This document shows, piece after piece, positions 7,926 through 16,836 of a stretch of DNA of 64,000 nt. The notes below the pieces were generated by a model. It was given only the letters and a program-made list of their open reading frames with translations, made no database searches and was not told the origin of the DNA. The translations under genes and the position numbers were made by a program. Origin of the DNA: an uncultured Spirochaetales bacterium (lineage in GTDB: Bacteria > Myxococcota_A > UBA9160 > SMWR01); the NCBI GenBank assembly GCA_964437835.1, contig CAYTJA010000466.1:6019-70018 (forward strand), read 5' to 3'. Every line of letters begins with the position of its first letter. The stretch's first letter is position 1.

Positions 7926-8741
7926 TCAATCGGAGGGCTCGCCGTGCCCGGCGTGCTCCGCGTGATTCGCATGCTCCGCGTGATCGTGCTCGAGCGCCTC
8001 GACCTCCTCCGCTTGCAGCAGCTGCTTCAGCAGCGGGTGTGGCAGCGTCATGTTCGTCGCGAAGGCACCCTGCGGGTGGTCGATCAGCCACACGTGCAGC
8101 ATCTCGGGGCTCTTGTGGCTGAAGTCGCCGGCAGCACAACGGCCCTCCGGCTCGGGACGCCCGACCGGGATCATGCCGCGCAGCAGACACGCGCCCTTCG
8201 GCCATACGTGGTAGTGCCAGAGGGTCCGCGGCCCGCCGATCTGCAGGCCATGCTCCTCCGGCTTGCGCACGTAGTACATCACGCCCGCGAGCTTGCGGCC
8301 GCGATTCGTCTTCGCGTACATCAGCACTTCGGGCCGCGCGGGGTCGAGCAGCGCGTCGTCGAAGAGGTATTGCTGGTTCGCGAAGTGCGTCCGATCGCCG
8401 AAAATCGGCAGGAAGCCGTCCGCGGTCGCGCGCTCGAAGTCGTACCAGCCGCGGCGCTGCGCGGCCTCGCGCGTGTGCTGCACGAGCTCGTCCGCGGCGC
8501 GCTGCTGCTCGGGCGTCGGCGGTCGGTCCACGGGCCACTGCGTCAGCTCGTACATCACCATGCCCGGCAGCTGCTCCGGAGCCAGCGTGCCCGCGGAGAG
8601 CGGCTTCCAGCTGCGGGGGCTCACGTTGACTGCCGACACCTGGATCTCCGACAGCCGACCGGATTCCGACTCCCGCGCTCCACATCCCGACCCCGCGGCC
8701 GCAAGCAGGAACGCGAGCCCGAGTGCGCGCGCGCGGCTCAT
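7926..8741 (-). CDS. putative lipoprotein with His-rich C-terminal tail
   Basis: 271-aa ORF with a signal peptide and lipobox-like LLAAAGSGC. C-terminal HDHAEHANHAEHAGHG. Its start overlaps the stop of the upstream gene (8738-8741). Confidence 0.7.
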   Translation of the reverse strand: MSRARALGLAFLLAAAGSGCGARESESGRLSEIQVSAVNVSPRSWKPLSAGTLAPEQLPGMVMYELTQWPVDRPPTPEQQRAADELVQHTREAAQRRGWYDFERATADGFLPIFGDRTHFANQQYLFDDALLDPARPEVLMYAKTNRGRKLAGVMYYVRKPEEHGLQIGGPRTLWHYHVWPKGACLLRGMIPVGRPEPEGRCAAGDFSHKSPEMLHVWLIDHPQGAFATNMTLPHPLLKQLLQAEEVEALEHDHAEHANHAEHAGHGEPSD

Positions 8742-9244
8742 CGCGGCGCCCAGAAGCGCTGCCAGCTCTCGAAACTTTCCGGCACCGAACCTTTGCCGGT
8801 GCCGAGCTCGGGCCAGCCCGAGGGCGGCAGATCGATCGGATTGCGCCCGAACTCGGCCCCGTAGAACAGCAGGTGCTTGCGGCGCGCGAACAGCCAGTGG
8901 CCGTCGCTGCGCTCGTAGCGATCCTGATATTGGATCGCCTGCACGATCCAGCGGCCCTGCTGCACGACCTGCGCATGGCAGTAGACGAAGCCGTGCGCGT
9001 GGTCGTCGTCCTCGAGCTCGATCACGTGCGTGCCGACGTTCAGGATCGTGAGGCCGACCGCGCGCAGGCTGCGGTCGAAATCTTCCCGCAGCGCCTGGCG
9101 TCCCGAGAGCTCGCGCGAAACCCGCACCTCCGGCACGTAGAGCTGGACCAGGCGATCCAGATCGCGCGTGTCCATGTAGAGCGCGTAGCGACTGGCCAGC
9201 TGCCGGATCTCCTCGTAGGCCAGCAGCCGCTCGACGTCGTTCAT
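8738..9244 (-). CDS. SnoaL-like / NTF2-fold family protein
   Basis: 168-aa ORF. N-terminus MNDVERLLAYEEIRQLASRYALYMDTRDLDRLVQLY is typical of SnoaL_4-type proteins. Confidence 0.65.
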   Translation of the reverse strand: MNDVERLLAYEEIRQLASRYALYMDTRDLDRLVQLYVPEVRVSRELSGRQALREDFDRSLRAVGLTILNVGTHVIELEDDDHAHGFVYCHAQVVQQGRWIVQAIQYQDRYERSDGHWLFARRKHLLFYGAEFGRNPIDLPPSGWPELGTGKGSVPESFESWQRFWAPR

Positions 9245-9246
9245 GC

Positions 9247-9582
9247 TCAGTTCGTCGCGCTGGTGGGGTCGGACGCGCGGCCGCGGGCGAGCAGAAGCGT
9301 CTGCACGCAGCAGAGCGCGGTGCTGCAGCTGAAGATCGCCATCAGGAAGCCGAAGGCCGTCATGCGCAGTGCGCTTCCGTCACGGACCGCATTGTCCACG
9401 AGGTTTGCGAAGAGCGCGAGCAATGCGACGAAGAGAAGCGTCGCCGAAAGCGATTCGAGGATCTCGCGCGGCTTGCCGGCAGCTGCGAACGCGACTGCGA
9501 GCCAGCCCGCCACCACGAGCCCGACGGCTCCCCAGCCGATCGGGGTCAGGATCTCTGCGAGCTGCGCCAAGAAGTCGGCCAT
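9247..9582 (-). CDS. small integral membrane protein
   Basis: Track ORF 9247..9741 trimmed to ATG 9582 (MADFLAQLAEILTPIGWGAVGLVVAGWLAVAF...) with GGAGAG upstream. About three hydrophobic helices. Confidence 0.55.
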   Translation of the reverse strand: MADFLAQLAEILTPIGWGAVGLVVAGWLAVAFAAAGKPREILESLSATLLFVALLALFANLVDNAVRDGSALRMTAFGFLMAIFSCSTALCCVQTLLLARGRASDPTSATN

Positions 9583-9649
9583 CGGAGCTCTCCTCGCCTG
9601 TGCTGCGGACGCGCCGGCGCCGGACTCGACGCGCGGAGAGTCCCGCCCC

Positions 9650-11680
9650 TCAGCCGGCCAGGTGCGCGCGCACGCGCGCGGCCAGCTGTGGCGGCGTGAA
9701 ACCGAAGTGCTGCGCGAGGTCTGCGATCGGGGCCGAGGCACCGAAGCGATCGATGCCGTAGATCAGGCCGCGCGGCCCGATCAGCCGGCGCAGGCTCTCG
9801 CCGCAGCCGGCCTCGACCGCGACGATCGGCGTGCCGTCCTGCGGCAGCAGGCTCGCGCGGTAGCTCTCGGGTTGCTCGAGCAGCAGCTCGACACAGGGCA
9901 CCGACACCACGCGCACCGCGAGGCCATCGGCCTCGAGCGCGTCGGCCGCGGAACAGGCGAGGCTGACTTCGGAGCCGGTCGCCGCGAGCACCACGGCCGG
10001 CGCGCGCGCGGGCTCGCGCACGCAGTACGCGCCCTTCCACACGTCCCGCAGCTCGAAGCCACTCGGACGCACCAGGCCCGGGAGCGTCTGGCGCGTCAGC
10101 GCGAGCAGCGCCGGTCCGCTCGCCCGCTCTGCGATCCAGGCCCAGGCCGCAGCGGTCTCGATCCCGTCCGCGGGCCGGAACACAGGTAGGTTCGGAATCG
10201 CGCGCAGCGCGTCGAGCTGCTCGATCGGCTGGTGCGTCGGTCCGTCCTCGCCGAGGAAGATCGAATCGTGCGTGAATACGAAGACGGTCTTCGCGCCCAT
10301 CAGCGCGGCGATTCGGATCGAGGGCCGCATGTAGTCGCTGAAGATCAGGAAGCTGCCGCAGTAGGGGCGGAAGCTGCCGTCGAGCGCGATCCCGTTCGAG
10401 ATCGCTCCCATGGCGTGCTCGCGGATGCCGAAGTGGAGATTCGCGCCCGCGAAGGGATCCGCGTCCTTGCCAGCGCCCGGGCCGACGCTGCCGCGGCCCT
10501 TCAGGTTCGGCGGCGCCGCGGAGCCCGCGAGGTCGGCCGAGCCTCCGACGAAGTGCGGCGCGAGCGTCGCGAGGCGCTCGAGCACCGTTGCGCCGTGCTT
10601 GCGCGTGGCCTCGGCGACGCCTTGCAGGCCCTCGGCCAGCAGCTCCGCGAGCTTCGCCGGGAGCTGGCCCGCGCGGCCGGCCTGCCACGCGCGCGCGAGC
10701 TCGGGCTGCGCCTCGCGCCAGCGCGTGAGATCCTCGTCGCAGCGCTTGCGCTCGTCGCGCTTGGCTTGGATGCGTTCGGAGAGATAGGCGCGCACGTCGT
10801 CGGGCACCAGGAAGGTCGGCGACTCGGGCCAGCCGAGCGCCTGCTTCGTGAGTCTCACCTCCTCCGCGCCGAGCTTCTCGCCGTGCACCTTCGAGGTGTT
10901 CGCCTTGTTCGGGCTGCCGAAACCGATCGTCGTGCGCAGCATCACTAGCGAGGGGCGCTCTGCGTCGCTGCGCGCGGCTTCGAGCGCCGCGCGCAGCGCG
11001 CGCCAATCCTGCCCATCGACGCGCTGCACGCCCCAGCCGTAGGCCTCGAAGCGCCGGCCGACGTCCTCGCTGAAGCTGAGCGAAGTCGGGCCATCGATGG
11101 TGATGCGATTGTCGTCGTAGAGGTAGATCAGGTTGCCGAGGCCGAGGTGGCCCGCCAACGAGGCGGCCTCCGAGGCCACGCCCTCCATCAGGTCTCCGTC
11201 CGAGACGATCCCGTAGACGCGGTGCAGGCCCGGCCCGCGCCCGTCGCGCGCGAAGCGCGAGCGCGCGAGGCGCGCGGCGACGGCCATGCCGACGCCGTGT
11301 CCGAAGCCCTGCCCGAGCGGACCCGTCGTGACCTCGACGCCCGGCGTGTGTCCGTACTCGGGGTGCCCGGGCGTGCGCGAGCCGAGCTGACGGAACGCGC
11401 GCAGGTCGTCGAGCCCGAGCCCGAAGCCGAACAGGTGCAGCAGCGAGTAGAGCAGCATCGACGCGTGGCCATTCGAGAGTACGAAGCGGTCTCGCAGCGG
11501 CCAGCTCGGATCGGAGGGATCGAAGCGCAGGTGTTGGTCCCAGAGCTCGAAGGCCGCGCGCGCGAGTCCCATCGGCGCGCCCGGGTGACCCGAGTTGGCC
11601 CTCTCGACGGCGTCGATGGCGAGGAAACGGATGCTGTTTTCGATCCGCTCGCGCAGCGCTTCGGAGAGGGATTGCGTCAT
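9650..11680 (-). CDS. tkt: transketolase
   Basis: 676-aa ORF with [32 protein letters not shown]...[12 protein letters not shown] and DGDLMEGV motifs. Confidence 0.95.
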   Translation of the reverse strand: MTQSLSEALRERIENSIRFLAIDAVERANSGHPGAPMGLARAAFELWDQHLRFDPSDPSWPLRDRFVLSNGHASMLLYSLLHLFGFGLGLDDLRAFRQLGSRTPGHPEYGHTPGVEVTTGPLGQGFGHGVGMAVAARLARSRFARDGRGPGLHRVYGIVSDGDLMEGVASEAASLAGHLGLGNLIYLYDDNRITIDGPTSLSFSEDVGRRFEAYGWGVQRVDGQDWRALRAALEAARSDAERPSLVMLRTTIGFGSPNKANTSKVHGEKLGAEEVRLTKQALGWPESPTFLVPDDVRAYLSERIQAKRDERKRCDEDLTRWREAQPELARAWQAGRAGQLPAKLAELLAEGLQGVAEATRKHGATVLERLATLAPHFVGGSADLAGSAAPPNLKGRGSVGPGAGKDADPFAGANLHFGIREHAMGAISNGIALDGSFRPYCGSFLIFSDYMRPSIRIAALMGAKTVFVFTHDSIFLGEDGPTHQPIEQLDALRAIPNLPVFRPADGIETAAAWAWIAERASGPALLALTRQTLPGLVRPSGFELRDVWKGAYCVREPARAPAVVLAATGSEVSLACSAADALEADGLAVRVVSVPCVELLLEQPESYRASLLPQDGTPIVAVEAGCGESLRRLIGPRGLIYGIDRFGASAPIADLAQHFGFTPPQLAARVRAHLAG

Positions 11681-11780
11681 AGGCTGCGAACTCTACCGCC
11701 GAGGCTCCGACGGGGGAAGCGCGAATGCGCGTAGCAGCGGGGCGCGCGCGGCTGCCGCCGCATGAGCAAATCCAGAGCGC

Positions 11781-11804
11781 ACTCCAAAGTTGGAGTTGAC
11801 TCCA
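11781..11804. promoter_or_regulatory. candidate TetR operator: three ACTCCA/TGGAGT half-sites
   Basis: ACTCCA aagt TGGAGT tg ACTCCA forms two overlapping inverted repeats. It lies 27 nt upstream of the TetR start, in the tkt/tetR divergent intergenic region. Confidence 0.4.
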
Positions 11805-11830
11805 GCTATTGAGCGTGCTTTGATGCTGCG

Positions 11831-12514
11831 GTGCCGCCGACCACCGCCAGCGCCGACCCGCTCCCGCGCCCCGAGAGACGCCGCGAGCGGCGCAAGGCCG
11901 AGGTCCGGCAGCGCATCTATGGCTGCGCGGCACAGCTCTTTTTCGACCAGGGCTTCGCCGCCACCACCGTCGACCAGATCGCGCTCGCAGCCGATGTCGC
12001 GCCCGCGACCGTCTTCAACCACTTCGCGAGCAAGGACGCGCTGCTCCACGAGATGAGCGGCGAGGTCCTGAACCTCGTGCAGGCGCTGATCGAAGGCCAG
12101 CGCAAGCGCCCGATCTCGACCCGCAGGCGGCTCGCGGCGATGGCCGACCAGGCCGCCGCGCTGCTCGCGCACACGCGGCGCATCTCGCGTGAGGTCCTGC
12201 TCGACCTTACGCGCAGCACCGCGCCGCCGGGCTCGGCCGGCCCGCTGCTCGCGCGCATCCACGGCAGCTTCGGCGAGCTGCTCCGCGACGGGCAGGCAAG
12301 GGGCGACGTGCGCCGCGACGAAGACCTGCTCTTCTTGTCGGAGATGTTGGTCGGCGTGTTCTACGCCGCGATCACGAACTGGCTCAACGACCCGAGCTAC
12401 CCGCTGGAGCAGCGGCTGCGCCGTGCAGCCGACTTCATCGGCGAGGCGATTGCGGCGCCCGGGGCCGCGCCACGCCGCAGCCCCGCGCGCGGCGGCCGGA
12501 GGCGCGGCGAATGA
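11831..12514 (+). CDS. TetR/AcrR family transcriptional regulator
   Basis: 227-aa ORF. HTH region RQRIYGCAAQLFFDQGFAATTVDQIALAADVAPATVFNHFASKDALL. Confidence 0.85.
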   Translation: MPPTTASADPLPRPERRRERRKAEVRQRIYGCAAQLFFDQGFAATTVDQIALAADVAPATVFNHFASKDALLHEMSGEVLNLVQALIEGQRKRPISTRRRLAAMADQAAALLAHTRRISREVLLDLTRSTAPPGSAGPLLARIHGSFGELLRDGQARGDVRRDEDLLFLSEMLVGVFYAAITNWLNDPSYPLEQRLRRAADFIGEAIAAPGAAPRRSPARGGRRRGE

Positions 12515-13194
12515 AATTCCTGTGGGCGCCGTGCCGAATGCTCTCGTGTGCGCTGATCGCCGCGGCCGCCGCGGCGTTGTCTGCGGACGCGGACGAGCCT
12601 GCCTGGAAGCTCGTCGAACGCGACGACCGCGCGCAGGGCGGCTACGCGCTCTACCGCCGCCAGGCGCCCGGCGATGCCTTTTCGACCTGGCGGATCGAGA
12701 CGCAGCTCGGCGCCGCGCCCGAGCTCGTCGAGCGCGCGACGCTCGCGAACTTCGTCGAGGGGCGCCACGCGCCCGCGGACCGGCGCCAGACGCTGCTGCG
12801 CCGCGAGGGCGACGTGTTCTGGATCCACACGGAGATCGACGTCTCGCTCGCGGCGGATCGCGACGTCGTGCTGCGCGTCGAGCGCGTGCGCGATCCGGCG
12901 CGCGGCGCGCGGCGCATCGAGTGGCGCGCGGAGCCGGACGCCGGCCCCGCGCCGGCGCAGGGCGTCGTGCGCATGCAGGTCTCGCGCGGCTTCTGGGAAT
13001 TCACGCCTGCCGGCGCAGAGCGCACGCTCGCACACTACGAGAGCTATGCGGAGCCCGGCGGCCCCTTCCCGGCCTGGCTCGTCGACTCGATGAGCGCGGA
13101 CCAGGTGCTGGCAGGCCTCGAGCAGCTGCGCGGCACGGTGGCCGACGTCTTGCGGGAGCTGCCGCCGGTCGCCGCAAAGGCCGTCGGCGGCTGA
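12511..13194 (+). CDS. secreted START/SRPBCC-like lipid-binding domain protein
   Basis: 227-aa ORF with a signal peptide (LIAAAAAALSADA). START-like features: GFWEFTP...HYESYAEPGGPFPAWLVDSMS. Its start overlaps the TetR stop. Confidence 0.55.
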   Translation: MKFLWAPCRMLSCALIAAAAAALSADADEPAWKLVERDDRAQGGYALYRRQAPGDAFSTWRIETQLGAAPELVERATLANFVEGRHAPADRRQTLLRREGDVFWIHTEIDVSLAADRDVVLRVERVRDPARGARRIEWRAEPDAGPAPAQGVVRMQVSRGFWEFTPAGAERTLAHYESYAEPGGPFPAWLVDSMSADQVLAGLEQLRGTVADVLRELPPVAAKAVGG

Positions 13195-13301
13195 GGCCAG
13201 AGCTCGAGCCGCCGATCGCGCCGCTCGATCGCGAGCCGCATCGGGTGCAGCGCGAGCGCTGCTTGCATCGGGCGCGCGGCCGCGCGCGCTGCAGCTCGGG
13301 T

Positions 13302-14471
13302 ATGCTGCCGCCCCCGCAGCCAGGAGTCGCGGTGCAGCCCGAAGCTCTCGAAGCGCGCGCCCGCGCGGCCACTGGCCTCTCCGAGTTCGGCGATCCGAGC
13401 TTCCGCATCGGCCTGGCCGCGCTGTGCGAGAGCGCCGAGCGCGAGGCGCGCCTCAACCCGATCGGCCGGATGCTCTTCGAGGGCTACGTCGGCGGCGCGC
13501 TGGCCAATCGGCTCGCAGTCGAGGAGTACCTGCGCACGCACCCGGAGTGCCTCGCGGGGGAGATCGCGGCGCCGGTCTTCGTGTTCGGCCACGGGCGCAC
13601 CGGCACCACGCTGCTCTCGTATCTGCTCGACTGCGATCCGGCGAACCGCTCGCTGCTGCACTTCGAGGCGGGCAGCTCGATTCCGCCGATCCCGCGCGCA
13701 GCCGTCGCCGCCGACCCGCGCGTGGCCGGCGCGCACGCCGCGCGCGCGGCGAGCGACCAGATCATCCCGGAGATGAAGACGATCCACCGCGAGGAGCCGG
13801 AGGGACCGACCGAGTGCGTGTCCGTGCTGGCGCAGCACTTCCATTCGATGCTCTACGAGACGCTCTACAACCTCCCGAGCTACAGCCGCTGGCTGCTCGA
13901 ATCCGACGCGCGCGCAAGCTATCGCTACCACCGGCGCGTACTCCAGATCCTGCAGACGGGCTGGTCCGGGCGCTGGGTGCTGAAGTCTCCGCAGCACACG
14001 CTCGCGCTGCCGGCGCTGCTCGCGGTCTACCCCGACGCAAAGCTCGTGATGCTGCACCGCGATCCGCGCCTATCGCTCGCGTCGGTGCTGAACCTGATCT
14101 CCACCTTCACGTTTGCTACGAGCGAGGGGGATTTCCGCGCCTACATCGTCTCGCACTGGAAGCAGATCTGGCGCGAGATGGCCACGCGCGCGATCCGAGA
14201 CCGCGCGCGGCTGCCGGCCGCGAGTTGCTTCGACCTGCAGTACGCGGACCTGATGGCACGGCCGCTCGAGACGCTCGCAGGGCTCTACGCGTTCCTCGGC
14301 TGGGACTTCCCGGGAGAGACCGAGGCCCGCATGCGCCGCTATCTGGAGCAGAACCCGCAGGGCCGGCACGGCCGCCACAGCTATTCGCTCGAGCGCTTCG
14401 GCGTCTCCGAGAGCGAGCTGCGCGAGCTGCTCGGCTTCTACGAGGATCACTTCGAGATTCCGCGCGAATAG
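13302..14471 (+). CDS. sulfotransferase family protein
   Basis: Track ORF 12189..14471 trimmed to ATG 13302. PAPS-binding-like FVFGHGRTGTTLLSYLL and later WVLKSPQH...MLHRDP. Confidence 0.75.
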   Translation: MLPPPQPGVAVQPEALEARARAATGLSEFGDPSFRIGLAALCESAEREARLNPIGRMLFEGYVGGALANRLAVEEYLRTHPECLAGEIAAPVFVFGHGRTGTTLLSYLLDCDPANRSLLHFEAGSSIPPIPRAAVAADPRVAGAHAARAASDQIIPEMKTIHREEPEGPTECVSVLAQHFHSMLYETLYNLPSYSRWLLESDARASYRYHRRVLQILQTGWSGRWVLKSPQHTLALPALLAVYPDAKLVMLHRDPRLSLASVLNLISTFTFATSEGDFRAYIVSHWKQIWREMATRAIRDRARLPAASCFDLQYADLMARPLETLAGLYAFLGWDFPGETEARMRRYLEQNPQGRHGRHSYSLERFGVSESELRELLGFYEDHFEIPRE

Positions 14472-14644
14472 CCCGGATCGCGGCGGCGGCCCCGAGCTCC
14501 CCGGGTGGCAGGCGCGCGCGCGCCGCATATGCTGCGCCTGCGGACGCGGGCGGAGGGGAGCGGCATGCGGGGGATACCGGAAGCGGCGGGCCAGGCGCTC
14601 GAATCGGGCAGCGCTGCCCTGCCCTTCGGCGCGGGCGAGCGCCG

Positions 14645-15652
14645 ATGAGCGCCGCAGGCGACGCTTTCTTCCGCGGCCGGCGCGTGCTCGTGACCGGCGC
14701 CGCGGGCTTCATCGGCAGCCACCTGACCGAGCGCTTGATCGCGGCGGAGGCCCAGGTGCGCGCCTTCGTGCGCTACCAGTCGCGCGGGGAGATCGGCTGG
14801 CTCGAGGAGCTGCCCGAAGAGCAGCTGGCCGGCCTCGACCTCGTGCGCGGCGACCTGCGCGATCCGGACGCCCTGCAGCGCGCGGTGTCGGGCCAGGAGA
14901 TCGTATTCCACCTCGGAGCACTGATCGCGATTCCCTACTCCTATCAGCACCCGCACGACTTCGTGCAGACGAACATCGTCGGCACCGGCCACCTGCTCGA
15001 CGCCTGCCGCCGCACGGGCATCGCCCGCTTCGTACACACATCGACCTCCGAGGTCTTCGGCAGCGCCAAGCGCGTGCCGATCGACGAGTCGCATCCGCGC
15101 GTCGGGCAATCTCCCTACGCCGCGTCGAAGATCGCGGCCGACGCTCTGGTCGAGTCCTACCAGCGCAGCTTCGGCTTGCCGGCCGTGATCCTGCGTCCCT
15201 TCAACACCTACGGTCCACGGCAGTCGGCGCGCGCGGTGATTCCGACGATCGCGAGCCAGTGCCTCGCGGGCCGCGAGGTCCGGCTCGGCTCGCTGCACCC
15301 GACGCGCGATCTCACCTTCGTGGACGACACCGTCGACGCATTCCTGCGCGCCGCGAGCACGCCGGGCATCGAGGGCCTCGACTTCAATCTCGGAACCGGG
15401 CGCGAGATCTCGGTCGGCGAGCTCGCGCAGCTGCTGATCGAAATGACCGGCGGCAAGTCCCAGCTGGTCGCGGACGGCGAGCGCGTGCGGCCCGAGAAGA
15501 GCGAGGTCGAGCGACTCTGCTCCGACAACCGCCGCGCGCGCGAGCAGCTCGGCTGGGCGCCCCGGCTGCGCCTCGAAGAGGGGCTCGCGCAGACGCTGCG
15601 CTGGATCGAGGCGAATCTCAAGCACTTCCGGATCGGGGTCTACCAGATCTAG
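14645..15652 (+). CDS. NAD-dependent sugar epimerase/dehydratase (extended SDR)
   Basis: Track ORF 13424..15652 trimmed to ATG 14645. VLVTGAAGFIGSHL Rossmann motif and YAASK catalytic motif. Confidence 0.85.
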   Translation: MSAAGDAFFRGRRVLVTGAAGFIGSHLTERLIAAEAQVRAFVRYQSRGEIGWLEELPEEQLAGLDLVRGDLRDPDALQRAVSGQEIVFHLGALIAIPYSYQHPHDFVQTNIVGTGHLLDACRRTGIARFVHTSTSEVFGSAKRVPIDESHPRVGQSPYAASKIAADALVESYQRSFGLPAVILRPFNTYGPRQSARAVIPTIASQCLAGREVRLGSLHPTRDLTFVDDTVDAFLRAASTPGIEGLDFNLGTGREISVGELAQLLIEMTGGKSQLVADGERVRPEKSEVERLCSDNRRAREQLGWAPRLRLEEGLAQTLRWIEANLKHFRIGVYQI

Positions 15653-15726
15653 CAGCTCGCGCGGTTTTCGCTTCGCAGCCCCGCGTTTTCGCACCCCCCC
15701 TCGCCAACTGGAAGTAGAATCCCGGC

Positions 15727-16809
15727 GTGCGGATGGGTTGCGCGATCGTCGGAACAGCGCTCTTCGCGGGCGCCTTCGGGGCGCTGGTGTTCGGCAGCGG
15801 CGGCCCCGACGACGCCCGGGGAGCGGGCAATGCGTCTCGCAGCGCTGCCGCGCTCCGCGCTGCCGAAGCATCCGCGCCGCAATCGCGCCGAGCCCCGCTC
15901 GCTGCGCCGGGCTCCCGAGCCACGACCCGGCTGCCACGGATCCGCCCGGCAGCGGCAGCGCCGACCGCAGCCGCGCTGGCCTCGCGCGAGCAGCTCGAAG
16001 TCTGGAAGCGCCAGCTGCGCGACGGCGCGCGGCGCGAGGTCGTCGGGAACGCGGAACTCGCGCGAACGCAGGCCCGCCTGCGCTCGCTCGATGCGCGCGA
16101 GCTCGGCGCGCTGCGGGAGCTGATCGAGGCCAATGAACTCTCGGAAGCGTCCTCGGGACACGACCTCGACGACGGCGACGGCCGTTTCGAGCCGTGGGAG
16201 CTCGGCTTCCAGATCTGGGAGCACGGGCACCTGGTGCTGCTCGCGCTAGGTCCGGATCCCTACGCGAGCTACGGCTATGCGCTGCGCGCGCTGCCCGAGG
16301 CCGTCGCGGCCTTCGAGCGGCTCGAGCTGCTCGATCTCAGCGGCGGCGAGCTCGGGCAGCTGCCCGACGCGCTCGGCCGGCTAGCGCAGCTGCGCGAGCT
16401 GCGCCTCGCGCACAATCAGCTCGACGCCCTGCCCGAGAGCCTCGGAGAGCTGATCCAGCTCGAGCGCCTGGTGCTGAGCGCCAACCGGATCGAAGCGCTG
16501 CCCCGCTCGCTGCGCGGCCTCGAACAGCTCGAGGAGCTCTGGCTCGCGGACAATCCCCTCGCAGAGCTGCCGGCCGAGCTGCTGGAGCTGCCCGCGCTGC
16601 GCCAGCTCGACGTCTCGCAGTCGCTCGGCGCGGCGCAGCTGCCGCCCGAGCGCGGGCTGCGCGAGCTTCCGGAGGTCGCGCGCGCGGCGAGGCTCGAAGC
16701 GCTCTACGTCGCCGGAAACCGGCTGTGTGGCGCGGCCGTCTCCGCTGCCCGCTTCGACGGCTCGGCTCGCCCACTTCGCGGTCTCGGGCTGCAGCGCTGC
16801 GAAAGCTGA
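15727..16809 (+). CDS. leucine-rich repeat (LRR) protein with N-terminal hydrophobic segment
   Basis: 360-aa ORF. N-terminal CAIVGTALFAGAFGALVF. The C-terminal half is a run of LxxLxLxxNxLxxLP units (LELLDLSGGELGQLPDALGRLAQLRELRLAHNQLDALPESLGELIQLERLVLSANRIEALPRSLRGLEQLEELWLADNPLAELP...). Confidence 0.75.
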   Translation: MRMGCAIVGTALFAGAFGALVFGSGGPDDARGAGNASRSAAALRAAEASAPQSRRAPLAAPGSRATTRLPRIRPAAAAPTAAALASREQLEVWKRQLRDGARREVVGNAELARTQARLRSLDARELGALRELIEANELSEASSGHDLDDGDGRFEPWELGFQIWEHGHLVLLALGPDPYASYGYALRALPEAVAAFERLELLDLSGGELGQLPDALGRLAQLRELRLAHNQLDALPESLGELIQLERLVLSANRIEALPRSLRGLEQLEELWLADNPLAELPAELLELPALRQLDVSQSLGAAQLPPERGLRELPEVARAARLEALYVAGNRLCGAAVSAARFDGSARPLRGLGLQRCES

Positions 16810-16836
16810 ACGCATGCGCACCACACGAGTTGGCTG

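Noticed and set aside
7876-8976. N-terminal 366 codons of track ORF 7582..8976
   Set aside because: Only the last 97 codons (from ATG 7875, which has a strong RBS) look like real protein. The upstream part overlaps the lipoprotein gene (7926..8741) in another frame and is Arg/Ala-rich.
9546-11933. 795-aa minus ORF overlapping transketolase
   Set aside because: It is a different frame of the same strand as tkt (9650..11680). Only the tkt frame carries the TPP-binding and transketolase signature motifs.
12189-14644. Long N-terminal extensions of the sulfotransferase (from 12189) and the SDR epimerase (from 13424)
   Set aside because: The extensions overlap other supported genes and are Arg/Ala/Pro-rich. 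Recognisable domains start at ATG 13302 and ATG 14645.
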